NCBI GenBank assembly: GCA_964016885.1
Contig: CAXHJY010000501.1
Span: 1 to 39,704, forward strand
Direction of reading: 5' to 3'
DNA from: Eledone cirrhosa
Lineage: Eukaryota
DNA: 39,704 nt
The notes under the pieces are model-generated. The model saw only the letters and a list, made by a program, of their open reading frames with translations. It had not been told where the DNA came from and ran no database searches. Shown here piece by piece: positions 32,103 through 39,704 of the stretch (positions are counted from its first letter, which is position 1; the number at the start of each line of letters is the position of its first letter). Both the position numbers and the translations under genes were made by a program.

Positions 32103-32501
32103 AACTATAGTAGGTAAAGTCAATTTTTTTAATTTATTTTGAAACTTTTTCATTATTCACTAAACCTTGTTTATATTTGTTCTGGCTCGTTAATTTATTA
32201 ACCCGCCATTGAACCACACTGGCACTTGGTTGGACAATACATGCGTACCTTAGCGCCTTGTGCGTGAAAGGACGTATTTCATATTACTACTACCTCCACA
32301 AACGTTGAGAACAAACCGGGTCATTCCGACTGCTGCTGATAACAGCGGTGGCTAGTTTGACCTACCTCCTTTTGCCTCTATCTTTACTACGGCCCTTGAT
32401 AAACCTGTTCTACATCATCCTCTCTCATCCCAGGAACAGTCTTTGATAGCGCTAGTTTGTGATTTAAAATTCAGGAATTTTATATTCTTTGAATGAAAAG
32501 A

Positions 32502-32585
32502 ACATTCTGACGAGAATCTCTCTTTGCAACGAAGGCCGTATGGCCTACGTTTTATTTTTGGGATTCGAAACCGATCGGTAAAGGT
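32502..32585 (+). ncRNA. Type I hammerhead ribozyme, second copy (one stem I mismatch)
   Basis: Same core as 32019-32102. The stem I 5' strand is ACATT (C>A at 32504). Predicted cleavage after 32580. Confidence 0.85.
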
Positions 32586-32652
32586 AACTATAGTAGGTAA
32601 AGTCAATTTTTTAAAATTTATTTTGAAACTTTTTCATTATTTACTAAACCTT

Positions 32653-32691
<39 letters not shown>

Positions 32692-32696
32692 TATAC

Positions 32697-32729
<33 letters not shown>

Positions 32730-32774
32730 CATACATATATATACATATATAACATATATATATATATATACATA

Positions 32775-32805
<31 letters not shown>

Positions 32806-32834
32806 CATATATATATATATATACATATATATAC

Positions 32835-32865
<31 letters not shown>

Positions 32866-32883
32866 CATATATATATATACATA

Positions 32884-33710
32884 TTGGAAAAGAGGATGCT
32901 CTGAAACTCCCGTACTCCCTTCCCTCCGGGGAAACTCTCGTGGCATCTAACAAACATCAGAGACTTGGGAGTAACCGTGGACAGCAACATAAGCTGGACC
33001 ACGCATATAAGCAGCAAAGTTGACATGGCCCGCAGAATGTGTTCCTGGATCCTCAGAACCTTCCAGTCGAGAGATTCCCGCACCATTATCCCTCTCTTCT
33101 CTACTTTTGCCCGACCACACCTTGAATACTGTTGTCCACTGTGGTCTCCCAACACGAAACAAAGTATCATGAAACTTGAAGCTCCTCAAAGGGCAATCAC
33201 GAAAAAGATAGATGGCATGTCAGACCTTGGCTACTGGGGTCGATTAGAAAACCTGAAACTTTACTCACTCCAACGTCGCCGTGAGCGTTATATTATCTGC
33301 ATGATGTGGAAAATGTTCCGTCATCACTGCCCAAATGATGTTGGCATCGCCTTCAAGATACAGCCAAGGCTTGGGCCCCGTGCTATCCGTCCCATTCAAA
33401 AATCTAAATCGCAACTCATAACAACAATACGGCACAATTATTTCACCTCAATCGGCCCTGCTCTCTTCAACATCACACCAGGACACGTCAAAACAGAAAC
33501 TGACACACAAAATTCAAGAAGTCTTTGGACAAATTCCTCCAAGTAATCCGGACAAACCACCCACACCCGGATATGTCTCCGCAAACAGTAATTCTCTTCT
33601 CGAATGGGCCATGGTGCCCAAATCCTGAATTGAAAGACTTCGCCAGGTGGTGCTATTAAGTTAGACATGGCCTGGGCCAATACTGGCCAAAACATTTCAA
33701 AGTCAAAGTT
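32884..33710 (+). mobile_element. CR1-group LINE 3' fragment, copy B (undeleted)
   Basis: Same ends as copy A; retains [23 protein letters not shown]; carries small frameshifting indels. Confidence 0.9.
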
Positions 33711-36566
<2,856 letters not shown>

Positions 36567-37322
36567 TTGGAAAAGAGGATGCTCTGAAACTCCGTACTCC
36601 TTTCCCTCCGGGGAAACTCTCGTGGCATCTAACAACATCAGAGACTTGGGAGTAACCTTGGACAGCAACATAAGCTGGACCACGCATATAAGCACCATTA
36701 TCCTTCTCTTCTCTACTTTTGCCCGACCACACCTTGAATACTGTTGTCCACTGTGGTCTCCCCACACGAAACAAAGTATCATGAAACTTGAAGCTCCTCA
36801 AAGGGCAATCACGAAAAAGATAGATGGCATGTCAGACCTTGACTACTGGGGTCGATTAGAAAACCTAAAACTTTACTCACTCCAACGTCGCCGTGAGCGT
36901 TATATTATCTGCATGATGTGGAAAATGTTCCGTCATCACTGCCCAAATGATGTTGGCATCGCCTTCAAGATACAGCCAAGGCTTGGGCCCCGTGCTATCC
37001 GTCCCATTCAAAATCTAAATCTCAACTCATAACAACAATACGGCACAATTATTTCACCTCAATCGGCCCTGCTCTCTTCAACATCACACCAGGACACGGC
37101 AAAACAGAAACTGACCGCACAAAATTCAAGAAGTCTTTGGACAAATTCCTCCAAGTAATCCCGGACAAACCACCCACACCCGGATACGTCTCCGCAAACA
37201 GTAATTCTCTTCTCGAATGGGCCATGGTGACCAATCCTGAATTGAAAGACTTCGCCAGGTGGTGCTATTAACTTAGACATGGCCTGGGCCAATACTGGCC
37301 AAAACATTTCAAAGTCAAAGTT
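36567..37322 (+). mobile_element. CR1-group LINE 3' fragment, copy C (same deletion as A)
   Basis: Shares the deletion and diagnostic SNPs with copy A. Confidence 0.9.
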
Positions 37323-37519
37323 ATATACATATATATATATTTGTTCAATTAACACTTAGAATTTAATATTCTATCATACTATTTCATTATAATACCATTA
37401 TATATATTTTAAAGGATTGTAAATAAAACGAGTAAATCAGACAAAGTTGGAATTCCTCTTATTAATATAATCTTCTATACACAATCATTCACACCCGTGT
37501 ATATTTACCTATCTATATC

Positions 37520-39244
<1,725 letters not shown>

Positions 39245-39704
39245 TTGGAAAAGAGGATGCTCTGAAACTCCCGTACTCCCTTCCCTCCGGGGAAACTCTC
39301 GTGGCATCTAACAACATCAGAGACTTGGGAGTAACCGTGGACAGCAACATAAGCTGGACCACGCATATAAGCAGCAAAGTTGACATGGCCCGCAGAATGT
39401 GTTCCTGGATCCTCAGAACCTTCCAGTCGAGAGATTCCCGCACCATTATCCCTCTCTTCTCTACTTTTGCCCGACCACACCTTGAATACTGTTGTCCACT
39501 GTGGTCTCCCAACACGAAACAAAGTATCATGAAACTTGAAGCTCCTCAAAGGGCAATCACGAAAAAGATAGATGGCATGTCAGACCTTGGCTACTGGGGT
39601 CGATTAGAAAACCTGAAACTTTACTCACTCCAACGTCGCCGTGAGCGTTATATTATCTGCATGATGTGGAAAATGTTCCGTCATCACTGCCCAAATGATG
39701 TTGG
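39245..39704 (+). mobile_element. CR1-group LINE 3' fragment, copy D (like B; cut by the window edge)
   Basis: Undeleted; shares the GTGGAC, CCCAAC, CTTGGC and AACCTG variants with copy B. Confidence 0.9.

Larger units (their letters stand above)
31653..32660 (+). mobile_element. Tandem dimer (~483-bp unit x ~2.1) with one hammerhead per unit: candidate non-LTR retrozyme
   Basis: Units start at 31653, 32135 and 32619 (partial), with only ~5 differences between the full units. Non-coding and flanked by (TA)n on both sides. Confidence 0.85.

Noticed and set aside
31905-32606. Minus-strand 82-aa and 63-aa ORFs in the tandem unit
   Set aside because: They are antisense to the hammerhead, the frame is not conserved between the two units (indel), and there are no recognisable motifs.
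31653-32660. CRISPR-like or prokaryotic system
   Set aside because: There is no repeat-spacer array or operon anywhere in the window; the context is eukaryotic repeat DNA.

Overview
This is non-coding, extremely repeat-rich eukaryotic DNA. The SINE families and (TA)n density resemble an octopus/cephalopod genome (inference). About half of the window is (TA)n/(TACA)n/(TG)n microsatellite, and every long ORF in the track is a microsatellite artefact. No intact host gene is visible. Recognisable elements are: a decayed Penelope-like retroelement (RT + Cys linker + GIY-YIG, Neptune-like, minus strand, 12.6-14.2 kb); 3' fragments of CRE-, RTE- and CR1-type LINEs; many tRNA-derived SINE copies; and several microsatellite-embedded non-autonomous elements with direct or inverted terminal repeats. 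The most notable feature is a ~483-bp tandem dimer (31653-32660) in which each unit carries a complete type I hammerhead ribozyme, i.e. a candidate non-LTR retrozyme / circular-RNA retroelement. It sits inside a ~7-kb local tandem duplication whose second copy lacks it, giving an apparent empty site. Further hammerhead-like motifs occur at 16450 (-), 19313 (+) and 25709 (+, compensatory U3-A8 core variant).
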